Shown piece after piece: positions 37,840 through 49,861 of a stretch of DNA of 64,000 nucleotides; position 1 is the stretch's first letter; each line of letters begins with the position of its first letter. This stretch comes from Utricularia gibba (taxonomy: Eukaryota > Plantae > Magnoliophyta), in the NCBI GenBank assembly GCA_002189035.1, contig NEEC01000007.1, positions 3,286,001 through 3,350,000 of the forward strand, in the 5' to 3' direction. The notes below the pieces were generated by a model, which worked only from the letters and a program-made list of their open reading frames with translations, ran no database searches and was not told where the DNA came from. Position numbers and translations under genes: made by a program.

Positions 37840-38054
37840 ATTTTATTTAATAATTTTAAATAAGAAATAGTTCATGAAATATGACATGGTTTTCATGTGT
37901 ATCATGATGTGTTATGAGATTGAGGTACAGTGTTTTGAAGTAGAAAACTTATGCGGAAAACACTGCACCTCAATCTCATAACACATCACGATACACATGA
38001 AAACCATGTCATATTTCATGAACTTTTCCTTATTTAAAATTACTTAATAAAAAT
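37840..38054. repeat. Near-perfect fold-back inverted repeat, ~97-bp arms and 20-nt loop
   Basis: Arms 37840-37936 and 37957-38054. The inner ~68 bp have only 2 mismatches. Confidence 0.95.
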
Positions 38055-40543
38055 CATTTCGAAGCAAGGGAGTAGGGCTTTATTCAGTAATAGAAATTCA
38101 AGCACCAAGTAGAAAATTATGAATTCAAAAAGATTGGACTCAAAAATCAATTTCTGGGGGTTGACATATTTGAAAGGTTTTAAAAAATAAACTCATAACA
38201 TACTACTCCCATCTCCAAACCAATAATATCTTTTTGAAACAGAAACAAAGGATAAAAAGATGTCATGTTAAGCATACCTCATGAATCATAGCCAATCGGC
38301 ACATAAAAGTTATGAAACACATAGAAGCACATATTTGCACATAGAACATAGTACATAAATTGAGAACCCATCATCCCGCTTACCTTTGTCCAAATTGAGT
38401 CCTTTCAAAGCCAAACCCTTCGTAAACGTCTACGCTATAAGCTTGAGAAGTCTCGTGAATTTGAAACCGCTACACAGCTCTCAGCAAACCAAACATTACA
38501 ACGGTGCAAACTGTTTTTATGATATCCATGTAAGCAGATCTCCCACATTTTCCTCTTTTCCAAAAATGCTTTTCCTTTCATCTATGCTCCTTTTATAATG
38601 TTAGTCATGCTTATCTATAATTCCTCTAATTGAGATACATGTCACCACAATCAAAACACATTGCATTTTCTTAGTCTGCATGAAACACATGTCATCATCC
38701 TATTAAAACACGTGGTGCTCTCTGATTGGGCATACTGCATTTTATCTGTGTTATCGTGAGCTAATTAAAACACATGGCGCTTTCTAATTGGTCATGGTTA
38801 CATGTATGATCTTTCTCTATTCTACCTTTTCTTTTCCTCTTATTCTAATTCTAGTTTTGAAATATCACATTCTTCCCCCCTCAGACAAAGTTTTGTCTCG
38901 AAACTTGTTCATGAACTCAGGGTACTCTTTGAGTAAAGCATCTTTGATCTCCCGTGTTGCTTCAATTTCACGATGATTACTCCATTGTACCTTTATCATA
39001 GGAATAACTTTATTCCTCAGCTTCTTCTCTTGCCTATCTAATAGCCTAATAGGTACTTCCTTGTAGGACAAATTCTCTGTTAGACTCTCAGGTACCTCTA
39101 TCATGGTGTCTCTTGAAGTGTCCATACACTTTTTGAGTTTAGACACATGAAACACATTGTGGATCCTTTCCATCTCTATTGGCAATCTTAGCTGCTATGC
39201 CATGCTTCCAACCTTCTTTTCTATCTCAAAAGGTTCAAAATATCTTGGTGCTAACTTATGTGTTCTTTTGAATCGAGATACACCTTTCATTGGAAAGACT
39301 TTTCAATTAAACCAAATCGCCCTCCTCAAAGTTTAATGGTCTCCTTCTGAAATCAGCCCAACTTTTCATTCTATCTTGTGCCATATTTGGGTTGCTTTTA
39401 ACTATAGCCACCTTATCATTTGCTATCCTGACTAGCTCTGGTTCTGTTAGTTGTCTTTCCCCCACTTCATCCCAACCTAAAGGTACTCTACATTTCATAC
39501 CATATAAAGCTTCATAGGGTGACATCTCAAGACTAGATTTGTAGCTATTATTGTAGGCAAATTTAGCTAAGGATAGAAAATTTTCCCAACTACCTCCAAA
39601 TTCAAGAATGCTAGCTCTAAGCATATCCTCCAATATCTGGTTTACCGTTTCAGTTTGACCATCAGATTATTGGTGGAAAGTAGTTCCTAGAGCTTGTTGT
39701 ATGCTCTTCCAAAATTTTGAAGCATACCTTGGATCCCTATCTGATGTGATTCTCACTAGTACTCCATGCAACCTTACTATTTCACCAATATATAGTTCTG
39801 CTTGTTTATCCAAGGAGTTAGTAGATTTTACAATAAGAAAATGAGCTAGCTTTGGAAGGCCAACAATGAAATCCATGGTGATGTGATCCCACTTTCATTC
39901 TAGTATCTCTAAACACTGAAGTTCACCTCCTGGCTTTTGATGGTCAGCCTTCACCTTTTGATAGACATCACATCTTACAACATATCTTGCAATATCCCGC
40001 TTCATAAGCCACCACCAATGCTTCTTTAAGTCCCTATACATTTTGTTTCCACCAGGATGTACAAAAAATGCAGAGTTATGTGCTTTCACCAATATCCTGT
40101 GTCTCAATGAATGAGCTTCAAGAACAAACAATCTTTTCCCAAACCTGGTGAGTCCTTCAGATATCTACACTTGTTGCTTTGCTTTAGTTAGTGGCTTCTT
40201 CCATTTCAACTAATGGATCATTTTCTTGAGATCGTTGGACCTCATCAAAAATACTTGGAGTTGCTAATATAGCAATAATCACCATATCACTAGACTCAAT
40301 TACTTCCAAATTTAACCCCTCAAATTCCTTGACTAAGCATACTGCTCATCAACCCCTGTTTCCTTCTACTTAATGCATCAGCAACCATATTTCCCTTCCC
40401 ACGTGGATACTTCATATCAAGATCATACTTCTTTATTAGTTCAAGCCATCTTCTCTATCTCATGTTTAGCTCCTTTTGTGTAAATAGGTATTTCAGTGAC
40501 TTGTTGTCGATATATAACTCACATCTCACCCCATACAAGTAGT
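38055..40543 (-). mobile_element. Tekay/Del-type Ty3 element, 3' part (RNase H end, integrase, chromodomain, PPT, 3' LTR)
   Basis: [27 protein letters not shown]; HPGGNKMYRDLK zinc finger; ITSDRDPRY; IHNVFHVSKLKKC...IKVQWSNH. PPT at 38870-38882, then LTR starting TGTGATATTTC at 38869. Confidence 0.9.
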
Positions 40544-40558
40544 TGTTAGGTTTTACAG

Positions 40559-40730
40559 GTGGGTTCGGTTCCGAACTATCGGTTCCAAAACCACAGTTCG
40601 CTGTGGGCAATAGTTCCGGTTTCAGTTCGGAACCGTATCCCGAAACCTTGAACCGAACCGAAACCGGAACCGAGATTTGCGAACCGAAACGTAACCAGAA
40701 CTGATCATTTACTATTTGTAGGTGTTTTTC
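40559..40730. mobile_element. hAT-type subterminal region rich in AACCG/CGGTT motifs
   Basis: GGTTCGGTTCC...GAACCGAACCGAAACCGGAACCG cluster, as in Ac/Tam3-family ends. Lies on the 3' side of the hAT transposase at 45600-47485. Confidence 0.65.
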
Positions 40731-41366
40731 AGGCACCCATTTGAATCATTGTATATGTTTGTCATTGAAATTTTTAATAATTATTAATTTTTTAATATTT
40801 GGATATTGTCAAACAATATATTTAAAAATATTAATTTTTGTATTTAATTAGATATATTATGTAATATACTATATTAATTTATAAAAAATTTTAACTTAAA
40901 TTACTTGATAAAATACCTCAATAAAGTATAATTAAAATCAATATAATTTATGACTTAAATAAATGAAATAAATGATTAAATTATTAACATTTGAATATAT
41001 ATTTGATAAAATTAAATTTTTTAAAACAAATACAACAAGATTATAAATCATATAAAATGAATAGAGTTATTATTTATATATTTATTTTTTAAAATGAAGA
41101 TGTTTATATAGTTGTTTTATATAATCTATTGTAAGTATTGTGTATTTTATTTTATAAAAACATTATAAATAGATTATTTATTTATAAAATGAATAGAGTT
41201 GTATTTTTTAAATTAAAATAAAAACATTATTTATTTTATAAAGTTTTTCCAAACTTCATATATTTTGAAAACAAAAAATAAGAAGAATTAAATAGATTAT
41301 ATTTTCAAAATTAACATCGCATATTTTACGTCTCTTTTATGGAACGGTTTCTAGACAACCTTAATA

Positions 41367-41584
41367 ATCGTTAAGAGTGTTCAGGCTCTAGAGAAGATCC
41401 CAAGCACCTTCAATAACGTATCAGAGTGCCTGGACAACCTCTAACCATAACCCTAATTCTAAAGTACACGCTACCTTCGTTAAGGGTATCCAAACTCCAA
41501 AGAAGATCCCAAGCACCCTCAATAATGGATCAGAGTGCATGGACGACCTCTAACGACAACCCTAATTCTGAGGTACATGCTGCT
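41367..41584. repeat. 109-bp tandem repeat x2
   Basis: GAAGATCCCAAGCACC at 41393 and 41502; CGTTAAG at 41369 and 41478. Confidence 0.85.
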
Positions 41585-41802
41585 GAGGCATTAGAGGCAC
41601 CCTTAGAAATCATTATACTTGCCTCCAAGATTGATTTAAAGGATCACTATTCACTAGAACATATTTCACACGATGCATATGGGAATTTAACGAATTTAAC
41701 ACTAACAACAACATAATTGTCTATTAGAAAAAAAAAAGTCATCAACATAAATATTCCAACTACAACATAAGTGTTCAAAAAAACTAATATTAGAGGCTCC
41801 CT

Positions 41803-44083
41803 CTAACAATCTTGTAGGCATGCATAATACTTCCATAAGGCATGTCCCTCACGTATGGGAGGCTGTCCTATTCGGTTCTCATTAACATAACTTGGAATAT
41901 CATGAGCATACCATAACCCTTCAAGGAAAGTCCGCATTTCACCATCAACATTTAGTGATACATCATCCCTATTAGTATGCGAATAGGGACTTGGAAAAAC
42001 AGCATTATTTTCCTAAAAAATTAAGGGTTAGTTTTGATGTATAACCAAGTTTGGTTTAGAGTAGAATAGCAAAATGACTTACCGGATTGTTCATTGACTT
42101 GTGAGGCGAATCATCAATCAATAAGGTATTGTAACGGTCATATCTTGTGTTTAATCTATTGTTGACAGCCCATACCCGATTCAACTCCTTCATGTAGACC
42201 GTGTTGCTAGGATTGTTGTGAACATGTACACATGTGTCCGTAGTCATCGTTTGATCCCACACAAAAATTAGTTTATCAAATAACGAAGGTGGAAAGACCC
42301 ATTTAGTGATTGCTTGTAGCTGCTCCCTACAAAATAAATCAATTGCAAGAATTGACACCATTCTAAATACCAACAAAAAAAAAAATGCAACACACGTACC
42401 CACCACAAGATGACCATAAGGCTACATCAAAATTATCCAAACACCACTTAATAAAGTCACGGGCATATGGATGTAGAAAGATTGCATAAATTACACCAAA
42501 AATTACCTATGATATTTCACAAATCTTGGATGCATATAACACACAAAAATAAGTGTTGTCTTAGTACCTCATCAGCCATATATAATTTTATCTGGAGGAT
42601 TCATGACCTTGACGGTCCAGCCCTATACACGATGTCTACGAGCACACCATTGACATCCAAGATTATCAGCTTTCGTTGAGGTTCAGAGGCACTCAAAGAC
42701 GGTCCGGTATACGCCCGACGGCTCTCATAGCAATCCAACTTGTAGCGAAGCTCTTCATTCTCCGTTGTTATAAATTCAAGTCTCTCATCCACATCATTGA
42801 GATCATGTGTGAGCTCGTCCCCTTCAACATCATTACTCTCTTGTATCCTCTCATTCCTAAACAAGTCTTCATTCTTTTGGGATACTCTAGGATTCTTCAA
42901 CACACCACACCAATAATGTTTTGTCCCCGGTGCATCCACAAATGGTGGTAAAATGTCAATAAAACTCCTTTGCATACTTGAGAAGAGGAGTATAAGATCT
43001 TGTGCATCCCTCTTCTGCAAGGTGTCAAATCCTATAATAAAAGTAAATTTATTAACAATAGATTGAACAAAAATATTCAATATGAGTAATTTCGATAAGT
43101 TTAAACTTGAGAGCAATAAATTGAATGCACATATTCGAAACGGGAATTGAATAAAAATATTTAATAACACTAAACTCTATAAATATATACTCAATGAGAA
43201 TAGATTAAAAAATATTCAATAAAAATAGATTGAATAAAAATAGATAAAAAAGTATTCAATAAGAATATACCGAATAAAAATACTCAAAAAAAATATCTTT
43301 CAAAAATATTGAATAAGAACAGATTAAAAAAATCAACAAACAAATTTAATTAGATTAGATTGAATAAAAGTAGATTCTGAAAAATATTCAATAAAAACTA
43401 GATTTAATAAGATTAACTTCGCTAAAAATATTCAATAAAACTATTCAATAACAATAGATTTAATAAGAGTAGATTAAAAAAAACACTCAATCATAATACA
43501 TATAAACATTCAATACAAATATTTAATAAAAATATTCAATTATAATATGGAATATTTTTATTCATCTTTCTTCTAGCAATACAATGAAAGATTTACTTTT
43601 TACCTTGCCTGCTTCACTCGAATTAGGATGCATTTAAAGAAATTTGGTTCCCATTGGAGGACGTATCCAAATAAAGTTTGTACACCATTCCTCAAATCCT
43701 TCACTAGCACCAACCTTTTTTTCTCCTTTAAGGTGTAGTGGTTCTTATTTAGAGCCCTAGAGCATACACTCACATAAAAAAAAATAACGAAGTTCCACCT
43801 CAAGAGATAACTCCTCACAAATACTCACAAAAGCCAACACATATGAGATAGATCTTATAGTGAAATGAGATAAAAGAATCTCTAAATATTCTAATATTTC
43901 TTCTAAAAAGGGCAATAATGGTAAGCGCAAACCACAACGAAAATGCTACGTGCTTAAGGCAAATCCCATTGGACCCACACGGTTAGGAATTTCACTCTCA
44001 ATCAACTCATCCGGTTCTTTGTCTCAAATCTCATATTTATTCGGTATCAAGAATCTAGTTTTCAATTTTTCAGAAGTGTACAT
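41803..44083 (-). pseudogene. Spliced gene combining a Transposase_28 (TRP28)-like region and an FCP1/NIF (HAD-family CTD phosphatase-like) domain; disrupted
   Basis: 44083-43780: HFRCGLRLPLLPFLEEILEYL...VLAFVSICEELSLEVELRYF. 43014-41803: KLIILDVNGVLVD, FLHPYARDFIKWCLDNFDVALWSS, KLIFVWDQ, YMKELNRVW, NTLLIDDSPHKSMNNP and GEMRTFLEGL...NRIGQPPIREGHALWKYY. Contains stops, a frameshift near 42614 and one acceptor that reads AA instead of AG. Confidence 0.75.
43040..43560. repeat. Degenerate AT-rich minisatellite (AAAATATTCAATAA / TAGATTGAATAAAA units) filling an intron
   Basis: About ten imperfect recurrences of AATATTCAATA and TAGATT(G/T)AATAA within the 43603-43015 intron. Confidence 0.7.
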
Positions 44084-44834
44084 CTACAAAACACCCATAG
44101 GTATTGTATAAAAAATCAAATTACAATAATTGGACAAGATATTTCAATTTGGAACACAGATCAGCTATCCATAGTGGAAAATAAATTACTTACCTTGTTT
44201 AATTTAAACAACACTCCAAGTAGGTGGTGGGACTATGGGGGTGTCCGGTCACTTTCGTCTACGGGGGAGGGGAAAGAGGTAAGAAAATTTTCTTACCAAA
44301 TGGGTGGGGATTAGGGTTGTCTTAATTGAACACGTGGGGAGTGGGTAAAGTGGGGATTGGGGTGGTGATGTGTAGTGCTGTGTATGGGTGCATGGAGAGT
44401 TGGTTTAATTACCCAAATCATGAGGTAATGATTACACGCAATGTGTCTCTAGGTTTGTAGGTTGTCAGTAATTACTTTTGTTGTTTTCAGGTGAGAAGTG
44501 TCGCTCGGTTGAATCGACGCGAACCCACTATATAATTCTTTTAGAAGTGATGTTTAATTACTCGAATTTTGAAGCACCCAGAGTCGCTAATGTGGGCGAC
44601 TGGCACCGTAACTCGTAAAATTGTATTATCTAGGCACCTATACCCTAATATTTGGGAATTGCGCAATTTTGAAAGAAGACTTAATTTTCAAAAATATAAA
44701 TTTTTTTCGTGTATTAATTGAAATATAAAAAATTGAAAGTGAAATTCTTTAATATATCCTAAATATTAAATCAAATGTTAATGAAACATTGAAATAAAAT
44801 TTCAGTAAATAAAGAATATTAATCTGTCACTTAG

Positions 44835-45450
44835 ACCATTTTCCAGACACCCACATTGTCTCGTGGGTGTCTGGAAAGATAGTAGGATACCCTTTTCCAG
44901 GCACCCACAATGCCTCGCGTGGGTGTCTGGGAAGAATGGGTAAGACCATTTCTAGGCATCCATATTTGCTCATATGGGTGTGTGGGAAGGGGTGTTTCAG
45001 ACAGTTTTTTCTAGATACCCACTTCCCTCATGTGGGTGCCTTGGAAGGGTGTCTACGAGTGTGCAACCATATTCCAAGCACTCTATCTTTAGCAATGATA
45101 AGGATCGAATGCATTATTTATTTTAATAAAAATATAGCACTATATCCTGATGTTCAATCCTTATGTTTGCAACCATATTCCAAGCACCCATATTTGCTCA
45201 TATGGGTGTCTGGGAAGGGGTGTTTGAGACAATTTTTTCCAAACACCCACTTCCCTCATGTGGGTGCCTTAGAAGGGTGTCTACGAATGTGCAATCATAT
45301 TCCAGGCACTCTATCTCTAGAAACGATAAAGATTGAATGCATTATTTATTTTAATAAAATTATTGCACTCTATTCTTATGTTCTATCCTTATATGTGCAA
45401 CCATATTCCAGGCACCTATATTTGCTCATATGGGTGTTTGGGAAGGATGT
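44835..45450. repeat. Array of palindromic TTCCAGRCACCCA...TGGGTGYCTGGAA units, organised as a 228-bp tandem repeat (~2.2 copies)
   Basis: Perfect 15-bp-arm palindrome at 44840-44877. CATATTTGCTCATATGGGTG recurs at 44961, 45189 and 45417 (period 228). Confidence 0.9.
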
Positions 45451-45599
45451 ATCCAAAGGTTTCGATAAGTGCCCGAATCATATAATTTTAATGAAAGTCA
45501 TGAATACAACGTACTATTACAAAGTAATTGTAATTCATGGAGCACACAATGTTTTCAAATTAGAAGTCTTCAATTTCATCTTCACTTGAACTTGAGGAT

Positions 45600-47485
45600 A
45601 ATGTTCAATTTCTTTTCAATGCCTCTAGCCAATTCTTTAGACAAATGCATGCCTCCATAGTCTCTACGTTCAACTTGGATCACTTGTGATTAACAACTTG
45701 TCCCCTACACTAAATGCACTTTCGGATGCTACTGTAGATGTTGAAGGTGTTAGAAGATTTTTGGCCATTCTAGCCAAGATATGGTAAGTAGTAGAATTTG
45801 TCTTCCACTAATCCAATATATTAAAGTTTTCATCATCAACACCCTCAACAATAGGAGTATTATTGTAAATTGTAATTTGGTCAAAAGAATTTAATGAAGA
45901 TGATGAAGAGGGTGACACAAATGAGTTATGTTTTCTACGAATAATGTCCATCGGATTGTGACCGCCAAACATCGAATTATTACATGTTTTAGGAATAGAA
46001 ACACTAAGATCACTATATTTACAAGTATAAAGGGAATACATGGCACGTAAAACATTGTTAGCATCAACATCTATTTTTTCACAATTTTTAATGGAAAAAG
46101 CAACATCATCTACACTAAATGACTCTCAAATGTATTCAAGTAATGTTTTCACACCTCTAACTTAACCCGAGAATCCAAAATAGGTGCAATAAGAAACAAA
46201 TGTTGGATTTCATCAAAATATTTCAAAAACTTATTTTTCATATTTTGCACTACATCTCCCAAAAAATCACAATCAGTTTGATGATCATAAAAAGCAAACG
46301 AAATTTTATAAATACATGAAAGCATAAGTTGAGAAGTTGGATAATAAATACCACTCAAAATTTTAGTACAAGAATAAAATGTTTCTAATAAATTTACTAA
46401 ACCTCTTATTTTTTCAAAAATAGAATGAGTCAAGAAATTGAAACCCATAAAACATTCACAAAATTCAATAAGAACATTTTCATAAGGAATCAAAAATTGT
46501 AACATGTCATATGTAGAATTCCATCTAGTTGGACACTCATTTTTAAATTTTTGATAAGAGATATTTCTTTCTTGACAAATCCTCTTAAAATCATCTCTTT
46601 TATTACGTGTAGTTCTTATCATACTAACTAAATCACGAATAAGAATTAAAAAAATTTCACATTCTTTCAAACCATTTTGAACACACAAATTTAAGATATG
46701 GCAAGTGTACCTAGTGTGGAAAAAAAGGCTATTCAACATAGGATTCATGCTACTTTTCAAAATGCCAATAGCATTTGTATTTCCAGACGCATTATCCAAA
46801 GAAATAGAAAAAATCCTATCAGATATTCCATAAAATGTTATGACCTTTTCAATAATTTTAGCAATAGAAAAACCATTATGTGGTAATGACCATTCTTGAA
46901 AAGCTAAAATTCGTTTTTGTATACATCAAAAACATGTAATAACAATATAACTCTCATAGTTACAACCTTTCCAATCATCACAAGTTAAACAAAAATTACA
47001 TTGTAGAGATTTAAAAGTAGAAATTAAAGAGTCACGCATGTTTTTAAAATCCTCAAGTGTCATATGATGCGTGGTTTTCCTAGTAAAATTTTTGTATCCC
47101 GGTTGAGCTTGTTTCAACATATCATTAAAATAAGGTTTTTCAACTAATGAAAAAAGAAGTTCATTAAGTATCAAATAACGCACCACACTTACTTGAAAAA
47201 GTTTATAATTAGAAACAAAATTAGATAATCCCACACTATTATCACCCCTAAATATAGTTTAGTTTGACGAAATTGAGGTAATTTATCATTATGCTTCTCC
47301 CTAACATGCCTCTTATATGAATCGGTTCCCCAAACCTTTTTGAAAGTATACTCTTTACCACAATGTTTACAAGAAATTTTTTTGGGATTAGAAATAACAA
47401 AATGCTCTCTAACATCCAAAGAATCATCACTAGTATTTTTTGATCTTTTACGACACAGGAGACTTGATGAGGTAGAAGAACCCAC
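45600..47485 (-). pseudogene. hAT transposase (BED finger, DDE core, dimerisation domain), frameshifted
   Basis: KKISCKHCGKEY...GTDSYKRHVREKH; CLTCDDWK; MDNASGN; YTCHILNLCVQNGL; CPTRWNSTYDML; PSTSTVASESAFSVGG. Confidence 0.9.
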
Positions 47486-48487
47486 TTCTTGAGGATTAGA
47501 AAAATCATTATGTTTGGGTAAGGGACCACATTCAAGCTCTTGTAAAAACTGAAGGTCTTTTCCAAAAGAAAATTCTCTATCATTTTCAAAAATGCAAGGT
47601 ATAGCAGAATCAGCTTAAGAAGTTTGAGAAGAATTTTGTAAACCAGACCCCTTCATTTTGTAAAAAATAAAAAAATCTGTTACCCTGCAGACCTCACCAA
47701 TGTCGACCAAATGGAAATTTGAGACTTGAGAGTATCTCCAATCACGAGTTATATGTAAAAGTTGAAATAGAATTATTTCTGGTAATGAGTGATGATACAA
47801 TAAGAGAAAGTAATGCAAAACTATAAGATAACCATATCATATATATAGACAAATTTTTTATTAAATTAATAGCAATTGTTACTTTCAAAACCATGTGCAA
47901 CTCCACAGTGTGCACAGTTACAAATGCATATACTAACCATTGAGATTAATATATGCATAAAAAATATATTTTAAATATGATGTTGCCACAGTAGTCTTCA
48001 CATGAGTATTTTAAATATATACTTATGTTTAAATATGCATTGTGTTACCAATATGGATAAATTAGTAACCTTGGAAACACATAACTAGTTATTGAGAAAA
48101 ATATGTAGGTAATGAAATATTAAAATATTTATTTGGTTGAACTATCAAAATTATTCATAATTTTGAGTAATTTAGTAATTTTCTACTAAGGTTACACATT
48201 TTATATTTATTAATCTCACTCTAATTTTATAATTTATAGTATACACTCAATAATTATTCATAATCGTTTATAAATAATTCATATACATTTATTGAATATT
48301 TGGTATTGTTACATTTCACTGGATTTATTATGTAATATACTATGTTAATTTATAAAATACCTTAATTTAGAGTATTTTGTAAAATACCTTAATAAAATAT
48401 AATTAATATCAACATAATTAGTGACTTAAATAAATGAAATAAATTATTAAAATGATAAAATTATTTTTCGAGAAATTCAAAATACAG

Positions 48488-49861
48488 ATCTTGGAATATG
48501 GTATACATTATATAAAGAGACACTACGAATACTTTTCAATGGACTCTAATGTTCACCAACCGCCAACAGTAAATGGCCTCGATGGTACGTGAAGCACTCC
48601 GTCGATAACTTTATCAAGGCAGCAGGATGATGATCAATCTCCTCAAGTGTTATAGAGAAAATCGCCCCCTTACATATCAATATCAGAGAGAATGAAGATA
48701 TGAAAATCTCTGTGGCTCGAATCTTTTGATAGATATTTGGCAACATATCTAATCAAATCTCCATAAAGATCTTATCTTGTGTAGATATATATATGTTCCA
48801 AATCTTATCTATATCAGATCTTTTATTTTGAGTTTAATCAATATTAATCTTAAAATAACTCTCTATTTAATTTATCCACTTTACCAATTACATCTCATGT
48901 AATTGTGTCATTCTATTTTATATCAATGAGTGAATCCACTATTATGTATGACTCTATAGGCTTTTTCAATCAAGGCCGTAGTAATGGATTTATTAATTAA
49001 ATATTAATTAATTAAATCCATCATTATCAATCATGAGTTATGTGTAGCAACATATCATGATCCCCAAGATGTAAGAATAATCAGGTGAATTGATTGAGCC
49101 TTTCTATGACCAGCCACCATGCAATGAACAACTTTCATCATTCTTATATTTCATTCCATATTAGAACATGGGTGTGTGTCTTTCTGATGTATCGAACTTA
49201 TAATTGCATTTAAACACTAAAACTCAATGACCTACTCAAACACTTCGAGTGTCATTACCCTAAGCCTAGGACTTACTATTAGGCTTTGATGCAATTACTT
49301 GAGATAATATCTCATAGCTAACATGAGTGATGAATCCTTTATTGTTTAATCAATTATCTCCAACCTTAAAGAGTCACATCCCTTGTAATGAGCGAAAATG
49401 CAAGCTTAAGATCAAGACAACTTTGTTGACCTCAGGTCTAAGCTTACTTGCATGGCTGTCATATTCAATATCTTGGTACTAACACTTGGTTAGCTTCCCA
49501 TAGTAGCATCTCGAGGACGAGTCATCTAGCGAATTGATTCTCTAATCGAAACCCACACATAGGCTTTTGTAATCTCATTACATCAATTGCAAGAACTATT
49601 GCCTAAACAATTTAGGGAACTCAATGTGTGCCATATTATCCGTATTTGTGATATCCTCATTTCACAAATACTCTAGTCAGGGAATTTTTAACTTGAACAT
49701 AAATGTTTGAAGAATCTCACATTATGATCTTATCATAATTTCTATACCATATAGATCAAGTAGAGGATTTTATCATTGATATAAATTTGATCAAAATTCG
49801 AAATAAATATCAAAAGATAAAATTTATCAATGAGTTTATTGTCTCTAGAACGCATACATCA
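48488..49861 (-). mobile_element. Angela/BARE-like Ty1 solo LTR, main part; its last 15 bp are stranded at 40544-40558
   Basis: Minus strand starts TGATGTATGCGTTCTAGAGACAATAA, resembling Angela LTR starts, and ends ...AAAACCTAACA at 40544. Flanks GTAGT (40539-40543) / ATAGT (49862-49866). No coding sequence. Confidence 0.65.

Noticed and set aside
44835-45450. CRISPR-like array (palindromic repeats with variable spacers)
   Set aside because: Eukaryotic TE context and no cas genes. The apparent spacers themselves repeat with a 228-bp period, and the loops are only 8-12 nt.
44867-45589. 240-aa ORF
   Set aside because: It is the translation of the 228-bp tandem repeat (228 is divisible by 3) with a GTG start and no domain motif.
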